Below, piece after piece: positions 48,329 through 58,962 of a DNA stretch of 64,000 nt. Positions within the stretch are counted from its first letter, which is position 1. Each line of letters starts with the position of its first letter. Both the position numbers and the translations under genes were made by a program. Under the pieces are notes generated by a model. The model saw only the letters and a program-made list of their open reading frames with translations. It was not told the origin of the DNA and did no database searches. Source of the DNA: Bacillota bacterium (GTDB lineage: Bacteria > Bacillota > Sulfobacillia > JACIYH01); NCBI GenBank assembly GCA_030019365.1, contig JASEFA010000004.1:35262-99261 (forward strand), given 5' to 3'.

Positions 48329-49204
48329 GTGCCCGTGCGCCTGGGAGCCCACCTCTCCATCGCGGGAGGCTGGCATCAGCTCATCGCCGATGCCGTCTCC
48401 CTCGGGTGCGAAACGGTGCAGGTGTTCTCCCGCAGTCCCCGGGGGGGCAAGGCCCGGCCCCTGGGGGAGGCGGAGGTGGCCGTGCTGAGGGAGGGGCTGG
48501 CGGGGGCGACCATCGCCCCCCTCATCGTACATACTCCGTATCTGGTGAACATAGGGGCGGCGGATGAATCCAGGTGGGAATACGCGATCCAGGTGCTGGC
48601 CGAGGACCTGGAGCGGGCGGCCCTGCTGGGGGCGCCCTGGGTGGTGGTACACATGGGCCACGCCCGCGAGCTGTCCCCGGAGGAGGGCCTGCGGCGGTGT
48701 GCCCGGGCTCTCGATCGGGCCCGGGAACGGGCCGGGGAGGCCGGCGCCGGGGTCACGGTGCTGCTGGAGAACACGGCCGGTGGGCTGGGCGAGAGCGTGG
48801 AGGGTCTGGCCTGGGTCATATCCCACTCGGAGCACCCCGATGGCCTGGGGCTGTGCCTGGACACCTGCCACGCCTTTGCGGCCGGGTACGACCTGCGTGC
48901 TGCCGCCGGCCAGGAGGTGTTCCTCGGGAAAGTGCGCGAGCTGGTGCGGTCCGAGCGGGTGAAGGCGTGGCACTTCAACGATTCCGCAGGCGCGTGCGGG
49001 TCTCACCTCGACCGGCACCAGCACCTGGGCGAGGGGCAGCTGGGGCGGGAGGCATTCGCGTTACTGCTTGGGCAGCAGGAGGTAAGGGGGCGGCCGGTCA
49101 TCCTGGAGACCCCCGTCAAGACTCCGGAAGGGTACCGGCCCGACCTCGCCGTGCTGCGGGAATTGCGGGATCGGGCGGCGGGCGAAGCTCCCGCGCCCGC
49201 GTGA
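48329..49204 (+). CDS. nfo: Endonuclease IV (AP endonuclease, xylose-isomerase-like TIM barrel)
   Basis: LGAHLSIAGG at the N-terminus, then metal-binding His/Glu/Asp positions (HTPYLVN, VVHMGH, LLENTAG, WHFNDS). Confidence 0.8.
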   Translation: MPVRLGAHLSIAGGWHQLIADAVSLGCETVQVFSRSPRGGKARPLGEAEVAVLREGLAGATIAPLIVHTPYLVNIGAADESRWEYAIQVLAEDLERAALLGAPWVVVHMGHARELSPEEGLRRCARALDRARERAGEAGAGVTVLLENTAGGLGESVEGLAWVISHSEHPDGLGLCLDTCHAFAAGYDLRAAAGQEVFLGKVRELVRSERVKAWHFNDSAGACGSHLDRHQHLGEGQLGREAFALLLGQQEVRGRPVILETPVKTPEGYRPDLAVLRELRDRAAGEAPAPA

Positions 49205-49210
49205 TGGTGT

Positions 49211-49672
49211 TTGGGGCCGGTGGGGAGCGTGGGGCGCCGCTTCGAGATTGTTTCCGCATACCGGACCCGGGGGGTGGAGTTGCCCCGGCGGAGCACGCCC
49301 GGGTCGGCCGGATATGACCTGGCGGCGGCCGAGGATACCGTAGTGCCCCCGGGAGGGGTGGCCCTGGTGCCCACCGGGGTGAAGGTGTACCTGCCCCCGG
49401 GCGAGTTCCTGGCCCTGTACATAAGGTCCAGCCTGGCGGTGCAGCGGGGGTTGAGCCTGGCCAATGGGGTGGCAGTCATCGACGCCGATTACGCCGACAA
49501 CCCCGCCAACGAGGGACACATCCTGCTTGCCCTGTGCAACCGCGGCCCGGAGCCGGTCACGGTGCGCAGGGGGGAGCGGGTGGCCCAGGGCATCTTCCAG
49601 CCTTACGGCCTCACGGACGACGACCGGCCGGGACCGCCCCGGCAGGGAGGGTTGGGCAGCACGGGCCGCTAG
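49211..49672 (+). CDS. dut: dUTP diphosphatase (trimeric dUTPase)
   Basis: PGSAGYDLAAAEDTVVPPGG..., GVAVIDADYADNPANEGHI and QGIFQP motifs. Confidence 0.8.
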   Translation: MGPVGSVGRRFEIVSAYRTRGVELPRRSTPGSAGYDLAAAEDTVVPPGGVALVPTGVKVYLPPGEFLALYIRSSLAVQRGLSLANGVAVIDADYADNPANEGHILLALCNRGPEPVTVRRGERVAQGIFQPYGLTDDDRPGPPRQGGLGSTGR

Positions 49673-49868
49673 GCGCGTCTGGCGGCACCGCCCCGCGCCG
49701 GCAACGGCAGCAGCAGGCCCGGCCCGGCGCCGGTGCCGGGAGGCCGGCGTGGCCTGTCGAAATCTCGGGTTACGTGTCGACAAGTTTCTGAGCAGAATCC
49801 GCTGGTTCCCGCTATAATGGGGGTAATCAGACATCCCCTGCCCGGTCCCCACTGCAGGGGGAGAGTAG

Positions 49869-50060
49869 TTGCCGGGGGAAAAGAGCGAAGAAGACCTGCT
49901 GCGCGAGCTAGAGGAGTTGCGGCGGGAACTGTACCGGGTGACCGGAGGCACGCCCGGGCTTGAGGAAGAGGACCGCGAGCTGGCCGAGCGGATCAGTACC
50001 AGGCTGGATCGTCTGGTGGTCGAGGTGGTCAGGCGGCGCAAGACAGGGGGGCAACCCTGA
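49869..50060 (+). CDS. Small helical protein, possibly Spo0E-like aspartyl-phosphate phosphatase family
   Basis: 63 aa. LLRELEELRRELYRV...EDRELAERISTRLDRLVVEV loosely fits the Spo0E helical-hairpin pattern. TTG start. Weak call. Confidence 0.3.
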   Translation: MPGEKSEEDLLRELEELRRELYRVTGGTPGLEEEDRELAERISTRLDRLVVEVVRRRKTGGQP

Positions 50061-50151
50061 ACAAACCACGGGGACCGGGCCGGGGATATTGTATCGCCCG
50101 GGCGGCATAAGCGTTTGTGGTGAGAGCATATACAGTTAACCGGGGACAGGT

Positions 50152-50478
50152 TTGGACTGGTATCTCGTGGCAGTGGGGAGCACCGGCCTGCTGGTGCTCC
50201 TCTCCATCGCTCACAGGGTGAGGTTGATCCGCATGGCCCGCCAGCAGGAAGAGGCGGTGCCGCCGGTAAGTTCCCCGGTGGCGGAGGCGGTCAAGCAACT
50301 GGTGGGGGTGGCCGGGGGAGTGTACGTGGCCCTGGTGAGCCTGGCCGCCTTTCTGCGCCTGCCCGCCCAGCAGACGGTGGAGCTGTTCGGCATTACCTTC
50401 GATCCCGTCGCCCTGGCTGCCCTGATCATCGCCATCCTGCAGCCTTTCTTTGTACCCGGCGTCTCGCCTCGCCCGTAG
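50152..50478 (+). CDS. Small hypothetical membrane protein (2-3 predicted TM segments)
   Basis: Hydrophobic stretches LVAVGSTGLLVLLSIA and VAGGVYVALVSLAAFL...ALAALIIAILQPFFV. No family assigned. Confidence 0.3.
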   Translation: MDWYLVAVGSTGLLVLLSIAHRVRLIRMARQQEEAVPPVSSPVAEAVKQLVGVAGGVYVALVSLAAFLRLPAQQTVELFGITFDPVALAALIIAILQPFFVPGVSPRP

Positions 50479-50651
50479 GCGGCGCAAGACCCCGTCGTGC
50501 CGGCGGCGTCGCGCCCGCAGGGCCCGGTCGCCGCTGCGGCGTTACGCCTGCGGGCGTGCGTAAGACCGGGTGGCCGATGCGGCATACTACCATCTGCAGC
50601 GGGGCAGGCCGGTGGCCTGCGCCGGATGGCAGAAAGGGGGTAGGAAGCGGC

Positions 50652-51122
50652 ATGGCCAAGACGGTGATCGGGGTATTCCGGAACCGGCCCGATGCCGACC
50701 GGGCGGTGGAAGAGCTCCGCCAGAAGGGATTTGGGCGCGAGATTTCGGTGATCACCCGGGGCGAAGGGCAGCGGGGTGCCGGTGAGGGCACGGTGGCCGA
50801 GGGGGTGGTCACGGGCGGGACCCTGGGGGGTCTGGCCGGGCTGCTGGCCGGGGCAGGAGCCCTGGCCATCCCGGGAGTGGGACCCATCCTGGCGGCGGGA
50901 CCCATCGCCGGGGCCCTCACGGGGGCAGCCACGGGAGGTCTGGCCGGGGGCCTGATCGACTGGGGCATCCCCGAGGAGCGAGGGCGGTTCTACGAGCAGA
51001 AGGTACGGGAAGGCAACCTGGTGGCCATGGTGAAGAGCTCCGATCAGAAGGTGAACGAGGCCGCCGACATCATGCGGCGCCACGGCGCCCAGGACGTGGA
51101 GACCCACGTGGCCAGGGGCTGA
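50652..51122 (+). CDS. General-stress-protein-like (YflT/GsiB-type N-terminal domain plus glycine-zipper region)
   Basis: MAKTVIGVFRNRPDADRAVEELRQKGFGREISVI, then the Gly-rich GGTLGGLAGLLAGAGALAIPGVGPILAAGPIAGALTGAATGGLAGGLI. Confidence 0.5.
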   Translation: MAKTVIGVFRNRPDADRAVEELRQKGFGREISVITRGEGQRGAGEGTVAEGVVTGGTLGGLAGLLAGAGALAIPGVGPILAAGPIAGALTGAATGGLAGGLIDWGIPEERGRFYEQKVREGNLVAMVKSSDQKVNEAADIMRRHGAQDVETHVARG

Positions 51123-51423
51123 CCCGCGGGTCGCGCCCTGCGACGGGCACCCGGGCACGGCGATCTGCACGGGGTGCCCGGGCAGGCGGTCTCGCGCGAC
51201 GAGCCATGCCGGGGGCGCTCCGCGACGGGCGGGGGAGGGGATATCCTTCCCCCGCCCGTCCTTGACCTTGCCCCGCTCATCCCTTCCCTGCCCCGGCTGC
51301 TCTGACCCAAAGCGGGCCTCGCCGCAGCAGGACCGGGCGCGGGCGGCGGGAGGCACCGCCGCAGCAGGACTGGCGGGGCAAAAGGCGAATACCGGGGGGT
51401 AGCCGTGGGAAAGGGGGAAGCGT

Positions 51424-52215
51424 GTGCATCCCATCGCTTTCAGCATCCGGGGATTTGAGATTCACATCTGGGGCGTTCTGTTCGCCCTGGGGTTCGGGCT
51501 GGCCATCTTAGTCGGCGAGTTGAACGCGCGCCGCGTGGGGCTACCCCCCTGGCTGTATGTGGAGTCCTCCCTGTACATCGCGGTGGCGGCCATCCTGGGC
51601 GCCCGGCTCCTCTACGTCGCCCTGGAGTGGGGGCACTACGCCGGGCAGCCCTGGCGCATGCTGAATACGCGCGAGGGTGGACTCTCCCTCTACGGAGGTC
51701 TGACAGGCGGGGTGCTGGCCGTCTGGTTGTTCACCCGCCTGCGCCGGATTCCCACCGGCCGCTTTCTGGACGGGGGTGCCCCCGCCATTGCCCTGGGCAC
51801 GGCCATCACCCGCGTGGGGTGCTTCCTGGAGGGGTGCTGCTGGGGGGTCCCCACCGGGGGAGCCTGGGGGTTCCTCACCCGCTTCGCGCCCGGGCTGCGC
51901 CATCCCGCCCAGCTTTACGAGATGGTGCTGGACCTGGTGCTGTTCGCCGTGCTGTGGTACCTGGCCCCCCGTCTCGTCCGCCTGCCCGGCCAGCTCTTCC
52001 TGTTGTATGTGGCCGGTTACTCGGCCATCCGGTTCGGGGTCGAGTTCTTGAGGGATGTACCTCACCTGTGGGGCTGGGTAACGGTGACCCAGCCTGCTGC
52101 TCTGCTGGCGGTAGCGGGGAGTCTGGGGCTGGCGTGGTACCGCCGGCGGCGCTGGCGTCCCGGTTCACCCGACACCGGGGTCGGCGGGGTCACGGGAGGC
52201 GGGGGAGTCACATAA
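51424..52215 (+). CDS. lgt: Prolipoprotein diacylglyceryl transferase (second copy)
   Basis: VHPIAFSIRGFEIHIWGVLFA...TRVGCFLEGCCWG. Closely similar along its whole length to the copy at 20492. Confidence 0.8.
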   Translation: MHPIAFSIRGFEIHIWGVLFALGFGLAILVGELNARRVGLPPWLYVESSLYIAVAAILGARLLYVALEWGHYAGQPWRMLNTREGGLSLYGGLTGGVLAVWLFTRLRRIPTGRFLDGGAPAIALGTAITRVGCFLEGCCWGVPTGGAWGFLTRFAPGLRHPAQLYEMVLDLVLFAVLWYLAPRLVRLPGQLFLLYVAGYSAIRFGVEFLRDVPHLWGWVTVTQPAALLAVAGSLGLAWYRRRRWRPGSPDTGVGGVTGGGGVT

Positions 52216-52247
52216 CCTGTAGTGAGTATATCGGCCACCAGCAGGGG

Positions 52248-53153
52248 ATGAGCGTGGTGCGGGGAGTGCAGGTGGCAGTGCTGGGCGGGGATCGCCGGGA
52301 GGCAGAGGCAGCCCGCCATCTGGCCGCGCGGGGGGCCCGGGTGCGCGTGTGGGGGCAACCTTCCGGCCGCCCGGCAGGGGATGTCCAGGCGGTGGCGCGG
52401 GCCGAGGAGGCCCTGGCGGGGGCGCGGGTGGTGGTGGGACCGGTGCGGGGAACTGACGGCCACGGCCGCATCTGGTCGGAAGCCGGCCCCCTGGAGCTGG
52501 ACGAGACAGCCTGGGGGGCGCTGGACCCGGAAACCCTGTTTCTGATCGGGGTGGGCGATGCCACCCTGCGGGAGCGGGTTGCCTCCCGGGGGGCCCGCCT
52601 GGAGGAGTACCGGGAGCGCGACGACTTCGCCATCTGGAACTCGGTACCCACGGCGGAAGGAGCCCTGTTCATGGCGCTGAAGGAGCTGGACGTCACCCTG
52701 CACGGCTCTTCCTGCCTGGTGCTGGGACTGGGGCGCACGGGGACCACCCTGGCCCGGCTGCTGTGCGCCCTGGGGGCGCGGGTAACGGTGGTGGCGAGGA
52801 GGTCCGCCCAGCTGGCCCGGGCCGAGGAGATGGGGTGCGGCGGCGTGCCGCTGGGAGCCCTGGAAGAGGCGGTGGCGGACGCCGATGTGGTTTTCAACAC
52901 CATACCCGCTCCCGTGCTCCACGCCGGCGTCCTGCGGCGGGCGCCGGCCGGGTGCGTGATCATCGACCTGGCCTCTGCCCCCGGGGGCACGGACTTCGCC
53001 TGCGCGGCTGCTCGGGGCCTGCGGGCCACCCTGGCACCGGGCCTGCCGGGCGTCAAGGCTCCGGTTACCGCCGGGCGCATCCTGGGGCGGGTGGTGGAGG
53101 AGGTCTGGCGGGAGGCCCGGGAAGCACCGGGAAACACCGCCCACGGGGGGTGA
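52248..53153 (+). CDS. dpaA: Dipicolinate synthase subunit A
   Basis: MSVVRGVQVAVLGGDRRE..., NAD-binding LVLGLGRTGTTLARLL, and position directly upstream of dpaB-asd-dapG-dapA as in the Bacillus spoVF operon. Confidence 0.75.
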   Translation: MSVVRGVQVAVLGGDRREAEAARHLAARGARVRVWGQPSGRPAGDVQAVARAEEALAGARVVVGPVRGTDGHGRIWSEAGPLELDETAWGALDPETLFLIGVGDATLRERVASRGARLEEYRERDDFAIWNSVPTAEGALFMALKELDVTLHGSSCLVLGLGRTGTTLARLLCALGARVTVVARRSAQLARAEEMGCGGVPLGALEEAVADADVVFNTIPAPVLHAGVLRRAPAGCVIIDLASAPGGTDFACAAARGLRATLAPGLPGVKAPVTAGRILGRVVEEVWREAREAPGNTAHGG

Positions 53154-53157
53154 TGAG

Positions 53158-53790
53158 GTGACGCTGACTGGTAAACGGGTGGGATGGGGAATCACGGGTT
53201 CCCTCTGCAACCTCCACCGCGTCTGGCCCCAGTTCGAAAAGCTGGTGGCAGCGGGGGCGGAAGTGGTGCCCGTGGTTTCCCGGGTGGTGCAGACGACCGA
53301 CAGCCGGTTCGGCGCGGCGGCCGAAATCATGGACCGCATTCGGGCCATCGCCGGGCGGGAGCCCATCCGGACCATCGCCGAGGCGGAAACTCTGGGTCCG
53401 GCTCAGCCCGTCGACATCATGGTGGTGGTGCCCTGCACCGGCAACACCATGGCCCGCATCGCAAATGCCATCACGGACGGACCGGTCACCATGGCGGTCA
53501 AGGCCACCCTGCGTAACGGGAGGCCGGTCCTGCTGGCCATCAGCACCAACGATGCCCTGGGGCTCAATGCCCGCAACCTGGGCACTCTGCTCGCGGCGCG
53601 GGGCATCTTTTTCGTTCCCTTCGGTCAGGACAATCCCTGGGGAAAGCCCACCTCGCTGGACGCCGATCTGGAACTCCTGCTGCCAGCGATGGAGGAGGCC
53701 CTGCAGGGCAGGCAGATCCAGCCCCTGCTGGTGACCCGTCACAGGGGCGGCCCCCCGGGGGCGGTGCCATATGCCAGGGAGGGGGAGTAG
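53158..53790 (+). CDS. dpaB: Dipicolinate synthase subunit B (flavoprotein)
   Basis: VGWGITGSLCNL...VVPVVS...MVVVPCTGNTMARIANAITD is the SpoVFB/flavoprotein pattern. Confidence 0.8.
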   Translation: MTLTGKRVGWGITGSLCNLHRVWPQFEKLVAAGAEVVPVVSRVVQTTDSRFGAAAEIMDRIRAIAGREPIRTIAEAETLGPAQPVDIMVVVPCTGNTMARIANAITDGPVTMAVKATLRNGRPVLLAISTNDALGLNARNLGTLLAARGIFFVPFGQDNPWGKPTSLDADLELLLPAMEEALQGRQIQPLLVTRHRGGPPGAVPYAREGE

Positions 53791-53795
53791 ACGAG

Positions 53796-54812
53796 TTGGG
53801 TTGGCGTGTGGGCGTACTGGGAGCGACTGGTGCGGTGGGGCGGGAGGTGGTGCGCCTGCTGGAGAAGCGCCGCTTCCCCGTCGATGGGCTGCGGCTGTGG
53901 GCCAGTCACCGCTCGGCCGGCGAGCATCTGGTGTTCCGGGGTGAGAAGGTGGGGGTGGAGGACCTGGCTACTTCCCCGGTGGAGGATGTGGATTTCCTTT
54001 TCTCCGCAGTGGGGGACCAGGTGGCCCGGGAAATGGTGCCGGCGGCCCGGCGGGCGGGGGCGGTGGTGATCGACAAGTCGGCCGCCTTCCGCCTGAACCC
54101 GGAGGTCCCCCTGGTGGTGCCCGAGGTCAACCCGGGTGATTTGGAGGATCACCGGGGAATCGTGGCCAGCCCCAACTGTTCGACCATCCAGCTGGTGGTG
54201 GCCCTGGCCCCGCTGGAGAGGGAGGTAGGACTGGAAAAGGTGGTGGTGAGCACCTACCAGTCGGTGTCGGGCACGGGACGGGAGGCGGTGGAGGAGCTGC
54301 GGGAGCAGGCCCGGGTGGTGCTGGAGGGGGGTACCCCCCAGCCCCGCATCTATCCCCTCCCCATCGCTTTCAACCTCTTGCCTCACATCGACGCCTTCGA
54401 CGATTCGGGTTACTGCCGGGAGGAGTTGAAGCTGGTCCGGGAGACCAGGAAGATACTGCACCTGCCCGGCCTGGCCCTCACCGCCACGGTGGCGCGGGTT
54501 CCCGTGGTGGTGGGTCACGCTGAGGCGGTGTGGGTGCGCACCGCCAGGCCGTTGGAGGCGGGCCGGGTGCGCGAGATCCTGGCCGCGGCTCCGGGTGTGA
54601 TCGTGAGGGACGAGCCGGCCCGCTGCGTGTACCCCACCCCCCGCGATGCCGCGGGGCAGGATGCGGTTATGGTGGGGCGCATCCGGGCGGACCTGGATGA
54701 CCCTCACGGCATATGGATGTGGGTGGTGGCCGACAATCTGCGCAAGGGGGCGGCCACCAACGCCGTGCAGATAGCTGAGTTGCTGGCGGGGTCGGGGTCG
54801 GGGACCCCCTGA
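53796..54812 (+). CDS. asd: Aspartate-semialdehyde dehydrogenase
   Basis: VGVLGATGAVGREV NAD(P)-binding motif. Catalytic SNCSTI. Dimerisation domain present. Confidence 0.85.
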   Translation: MGWRVGVLGATGAVGREVVRLLEKRRFPVDGLRLWASHRSAGEHLVFRGEKVGVEDLATSPVEDVDFLFSAVGDQVAREMVPAARRAGAVVIDKSAAFRLNPEVPLVVPEVNPGDLEDHRGIVASPNCSTIQLVVALAPLEREVGLEKVVVSTYQSVSGTGREAVEELREQARVVLEGGTPQPRIYPLPIAFNLLPHIDAFDDSGYCREELKLVRETRKILHLPGLALTATVARVPVVVGHAEAVWVRTARPLEAGRVREILAAAPGVIVRDEPARCVYPTPRDAAGQDAVMVGRIRADLDDPHGIWMWVVADNLRKGAATNAVQIAELLAGSGSGTP

Positions 54813-54834
54813 GTCCTGACTCCGCCCCGCGCTG

Positions 54835-56070
54835 GTGGAGGCATGGGTGGCGGTGCGTATCCTGGTGCAGAAGTTCGGAGGGACCTCGGTGGCCACGCCC
54901 GCGGGCCGGGAGCGGGTGGGTGAGCACGTGCAGCGGGCCCTGGAGGGCGGGTTCAGCCCCTGCGTGGTGGTCTCCGCCCTGGGGCGCTATCCGGAGCCCT
55001 ACGCCACCGATTCCCTGATCCAGCTGGCCACGTCGGCGGGCGGGCGGGTCTCCCCCCGGGACATGGACCTCATCATGTCCTGCGGGGAGACCATCGCCAC
55101 CGTGGTGGTCACCGCCTGCCTGGCCGCGCGGGGGATCGATGCCTGCGCCCTCAGCGGCGCCCAGGCCGGCATCGTCACCGACGGCGCCTTCGGCCAGGCG
55201 GAAGTGGTGCGGGTGGAGCCCATGCGTATCCTGCGGCTCCTGCAGGAGCGGCGGGTGCCGGTGGTGGCGGGGTTCCAGGGGGTCACCGAGGCGGGAGAGA
55301 TCACCACCCTGGGACGTGGGGGCTCCGACACCACCGCCGCCGTGCTGGGCGCCGCCCTGCAGGCGGAGGCGGTGGAGATATACACGGACGTGGACGGGGT
55401 GAAAACCGCCGATCCCCGCCTGGTGCCGGGGGCGCGCACCCTGGGCGTGGTGACCTACGACGAGGTGGCCCAGATGGGCCACGAAGGAGCGAAGGTGGTG
55501 CATCCCCGCGCGGTGGAGATCGCCATGCGGTCAGGGGTGCCCATGCGCATCCGGGACACTTTCTCCGATTCACCCGGCACCCTGGTGACCTTCACCTTCG
55601 CGCGCCAGGGGTGGTCCCAGGTGCGGGACGGCCGGGTGATCACCGCCGTCACCCACATCCCGGCGGTGGCCCGGCTGCGGGTTCCCAACCCGCCGCCCGG
55701 GCCCGATGGCGCGGTGCAGGTATTCCGGTCCCTGGCCCGGGAAGGCATCAGCGTGGACATGATCCAGGTGGGGCCGGGCCACTGCGCCTTCATTGTGGGG
55801 GAAGAGGTGGCGGAGCGAGCGGCCCGCATACTGAGAGATCAGGAGCTGGAAGTCGAGATACGGGAGGGGTGTGCCAAGGTATCGGTGGTGGGGTCGCGCA
55901 TGCGCGGCCTGCCCGGGGTGATGGCCAACGTGGCCGAAGCCCTGTGCGGGGCAGGAGTGGAGATCCTGCAGACGGCGGACTCGCATGTGACCATTTCCTG
56001 CCTGATCCGGCAGGAGGACCTGGAGAAGGCCGTGCGCGCTCTTCACCACCAGTTCGGGCTGGACGGCTAG
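54835..56070 (+). CDS. dapG: Aspartate kinase (with C-terminal ACT domains)
   Basis: VQKFGGTSVA, VVVSALG, and C-terminal ACT-like regulatory repeats. Position matches Bacillus dapG. Confidence 0.8.
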   Translation: MEAWVAVRILVQKFGGTSVATPAGRERVGEHVQRALEGGFSPCVVVSALGRYPEPYATDSLIQLATSAGGRVSPRDMDLIMSCGETIATVVVTACLAARGIDACALSGAQAGIVTDGAFGQAEVVRVEPMRILRLLQERRVPVVAGFQGVTEAGEITTLGRGGSDTTAAVLGAALQAEAVEIYTDVDGVKTADPRLVPGARTLGVVTYDEVAQMGHEGAKVVHPRAVEIAMRSGVPMRIRDTFSDSPGTLVTFTFARQGWSQVRDGRVITAVTHIPAVARLRVPNPPPGPDGAVQVFRSLAREGISVDMIQVGPGHCAFIVGEEVAERAARILRDQELEVEIREGCAKVSVVGSRMRGLPGVMANVAEALCGAGVEILQTADSHVTISCLIRQEDLEKAVRALHHQFGLDG

Positions 56071-56169
56071 CCCGCGCCCTTGCGGTCGCGGAGGCCCGGC
56101 CCGCTTCCGTCGGTCCGGGTGACCCGGCGCGCGGGCGCGAGAGCCGGACCCGTAGGAGGTGCACACCTG

Positions 56170-57063
56170 ATGAGGGAGCCTGTGTTCGGGCGGGTGGTCA
56201 GCGCCATGGTGACGCCTTTCACCCGGCAGTGGGAGTTGGATGCCCCGCGGGCGGCGGAACTGGCCCGGCGCCTGGTGGATATGGGGTCCGACGGCCTGGT
56301 GGTGACGGGCACCACCGGGGAGTCCCCGGTGCTGGCCACAGAGGAGAAGGTGAAGCTCTGGGAGGCGGTGGTGGAGGCGGTGGGCGACCGTGTCCCGGTG
56401 GTGGCGGGCACGGGGACCAACTGCACGCGGGACTCCATGCGCCTGACCCGGCTGGCCGAGAAAGCCGGGGTGAAGGGGGTGATGCTGGTCACCCCGTACT
56501 ACAACAAGCCTCCCGCCGAGGGATTGTACCACCATTTCCGGGCCGTGGCCGAGTCTACCTCCCTGCCCATCATCCTCTACAACGTGCCCGGCCGCACCGG
56601 GGTGAACATGACTCCCGGCACGGCGGCCCGCCTGGCCGAGATCCCCAACATCGTCGCCCTCAAGGAGGCCTCGGGCAATCTGGACCAGGTGACCGAGATC
56701 CTGCGCGTGGTCCCCCCGGGGTTTGCCGTGTACAGCGGAGACGATTCGCTCACCCTGCCCATGCTGGCGGTGGGGGCGGTGGGAGTGGTGAGCGTGGCCT
56801 CCCACCTGGTGGCGGGCGAGATCCGCAGCATGATCGGGGCCTGGCGGGAGGGCCGGGTGGAGGAGGCGGCGCGGATTCACAGGCGGCTTTTCCCGCTCTT
56901 CCGGGCCATGTTCATCACCACCAACCCGGTGCCCGTCAAGGCCGCCCTGCGGCTGGCCGGGTTCGACGTGGGGCCGGTGCGGCCGCCCCTGTGCGACGCC
57001 AGCGCCGGAGAAGAAGCCAGTCTGGCCGAGGTCATGCGGCAGCTGGAGTTGCTTGCGTCATGA
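56170..57063 (+). CDS. dapA: 4-hydroxy-tetrahydrodipicolinate synthase
   Basis: [23 protein letters not shown], catalytic YNVPGRTG...K motif (ALKEASG). Confidence 0.85.
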   Translation: MREPVFGRVVSAMVTPFTRQWELDAPRAAELARRLVDMGSDGLVVTGTTGESPVLATEEKVKLWEAVVEAVGDRVPVVAGTGTNCTRDSMRLTRLAEKAGVKGVMLVTPYYNKPPAEGLYHHFRAVAESTSLPIILYNVPGRTGVNMTPGTAARLAEIPNIVALKEASGNLDQVTEILRVVPPGFAVYSGDDSLTLPMLAVGAVGVVSVASHLVAGEIRSMIGAWREGRVEEAARIHRRLFPLFRAMFITTNPVPVKAALRLAGFDVGPVRPPLCDASAGEEASLAEVMRQLELLAS

Positions 57064-57231
57064 GCACGGCGCGGATATAATAGGGACGGCGAGAGAAAGG
57101 TTCCGGTTCGGCACGGCCGGACCGTTTTTGTGGGATTTTGGGAATGTCGACCGGGCGTGGCCGGGCGCACGGCGGGCCCATGGTGGGGTTTTGCAGTTTT
57201 TCAAAGGGGCATCTGGAGGTGGTACTTTTTC

Positions 57232-58902
57232 ATGGTGAGGAAAGCAGCCCGCCCCACCCTGCGCATCGTCCCCCTGGGAGGCCTGGGGGAAATCGGAAAG
57301 AACATGACCGTGATCGAATGCGGCGATGACATGTTGGTCATCGACTGCGGGCTGGCGTTCCCCGAGGAGGAGATGCTGGGGGTGGACATCGTCATCCCCG
57401 ACATCTCCTACCTGCAGGAAAACGTGGACCGGGTGCGGGCGGTGGTGCTCACCCATGGTCACGAGGACCACGTGGGGGCCATCCCCTACCTGCTCCCCCA
57501 CCTGGCCGTCCCCTTCTACGGTACTCCCCTCACCCTGGGGCTGGTGCGGGGGAAGCTGGTGGAGACGGGCATGGCCGAGCGGTTCGACGGCCGGGCCCTG
57601 CAGGCCGGGGAGAAAGCGGAGATCGGCTGCTTCGAGGTGGAGTTCTTCCGCGTCACCCACTCCGTTCCCGACGCGGTGGGGCTGGCCATCCGTACCCCTG
57701 CCGGGCTGGTGGTGCACACCAGCGACTTCAAGTTCGATCAGACGCCCGTGGACGGGCGGGTCTCCGACATCGGGCGCCTGGGGGAGCTGGGCCAGGAGGG
57801 GGTGCTGGTCCTGCTGAGCGACTCGACGGGGGGGGAGCGCCCCGGCTTCACCCCTTCGGAGAAGTCGGTGGGCAGGACCCTGCAGGAGATCCTCCGGGGT
57901 ACCCGCTCCCGGGTGCTGGTGGCCTCCTTCGCCACCCACCTGCACCGCATCCAGCAGGTGATCACCGCCTCCTACCAGCAGGGCCGCTACGTGGGCGTGA
58001 TCGGACGCAGCATGGAGGATACCGTCCAGGTGGCCATGACCCTGGGGTACCTGGACGTGCCCGAGGGCATGATGCTGGACATCGAAGAGCTGGAGGGCCT
58101 GCCCCCCGAGAAGGTGACCATCCTCACCACCGGGAGCCAGGGCGAGCCCATGTCGGCCCTCACCCGTATGGCGGTGGGGGAGCACAAGCGGGTGAACATC
58201 AACCCCGGCGACACGGTGATCATCGCCGCTTCCCCCGTGCCCGGCAACGAGAAGATGGTGGCCCGCACCATCGACAACCTCTACCGCCGGGGGGCGCGAG
58301 TGATATACGGGCCGGACGCGGGGGTGCACGTCTCCGGGCACGGCAGCCAGGAGGAGCTCAAGATCATGCTCAACCTGCTGCGGCCCCGCTTCTTCGTGCC
58401 CGTGCACGGCGAATACCGGCACCTGGTTCATCACGCCGCCCTGGCCGAATCGGTGGGTATCCCCCGCCGGAACATCCTGGTGGGCGACAACGGGTCTGTG
58501 TTCGAGTTCAGCCGGGACGTAGCCGCCATCACCGGGCGGGTCGACTCCGGCATCCTGATGGTGGACGGCCTGGGAGTGGGCGACGTCGGCAGCGTGGTGC
58601 TCAAGGACCGCAGGCAGCTGGCCGAAGATGGCATCGTGGTGGTGGTCATCGCCGTGGACCAGGAGAGCGGGGACCTGGCCTCCGGCCCCGAGGTGGTGAC
58701 CCGCGGATTCGTGTACGTGCGGGAGTCCGAGGCTTTGCTCGACGAGGTGCGCGCCATCGCGCGGGATGCCCTGGCCCGGCGCAGCAACCATCGCCCGGAC
58801 TGGCCCGTGCTCAAGAACACCATCCGCGAGACCCTCTCCAGGGAGCTGTTCGAGCGCACCGGCCGCCGTCCCATGATTCTCCCCATCGTCATGGAAGTCT
58901 GA
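57232..58902 (+). CDS. rnj: Ribonuclease J (metallo-beta-lactamase / beta-CASP RNase)
   Basis: LRIVPLGGLGEIGKNMTVIECGD, HGHEDHVGA, beta-CASP and C-terminal domains. It follows dapA as rnjB does in Bacillus. Confidence 0.85.
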   Translation: MVRKAARPTLRIVPLGGLGEIGKNMTVIECGDDMLVIDCGLAFPEEEMLGVDIVIPDISYLQENVDRVRAVVLTHGHEDHVGAIPYLLPHLAVPFYGTPLTLGLVRGKLVETGMAERFDGRALQAGEKAEIGCFEVEFFRVTHSVPDAVGLAIRTPAGLVVHTSDFKFDQTPVDGRVSDIGRLGELGQEGVLVLLSDSTGGERPGFTPSEKSVGRTLQEILRGTRSRVLVASFATHLHRIQQVITASYQQGRYVGVIGRSMEDTVQVAMTLGYLDVPEGMMLDIEELEGLPPEKVTILTTGSQGEPMSALTRMAVGEHKRVNINPGDTVIIAASPVPGNEKMVARTIDNLYRRGARVIYGPDAGVHVSGHGSQEELKIMLNLLRPRFFVPVHGEYRHLVHHAALAESVGIPRRNILVGDNGSVFEFSRDVAAITGRVDSGILMVDGLGVGDVGSVVLKDRRQLAEDGIVVVVIAVDQESGDLASGPEVVTRGFVYVRESEALLDEVRAIARDALARRSNHRPDWPVLKNTIRETLSRELFERTGRRPMILPIVMEV

Positions 58903-58962
58903 CCTCGCCGCGGTAGGATTCTGGAGGCGTTGTAGCAATAAGATGGGAGGGGTGAGCCCGGC

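Noticed and set aside
45905-49024. 1039-aa minus-strand ORF
   Set aside because: Antisense to pnp and nfo, both confidently identified on the plus strand. Composition is Gly/Pro/Arg rich.
51627-53153. 508-aa plus-strand ORF as a single gene
   Set aside because: Its first ~200 codons overlap lgt in another frame. The real gene is dpaA starting at ATG 52248.
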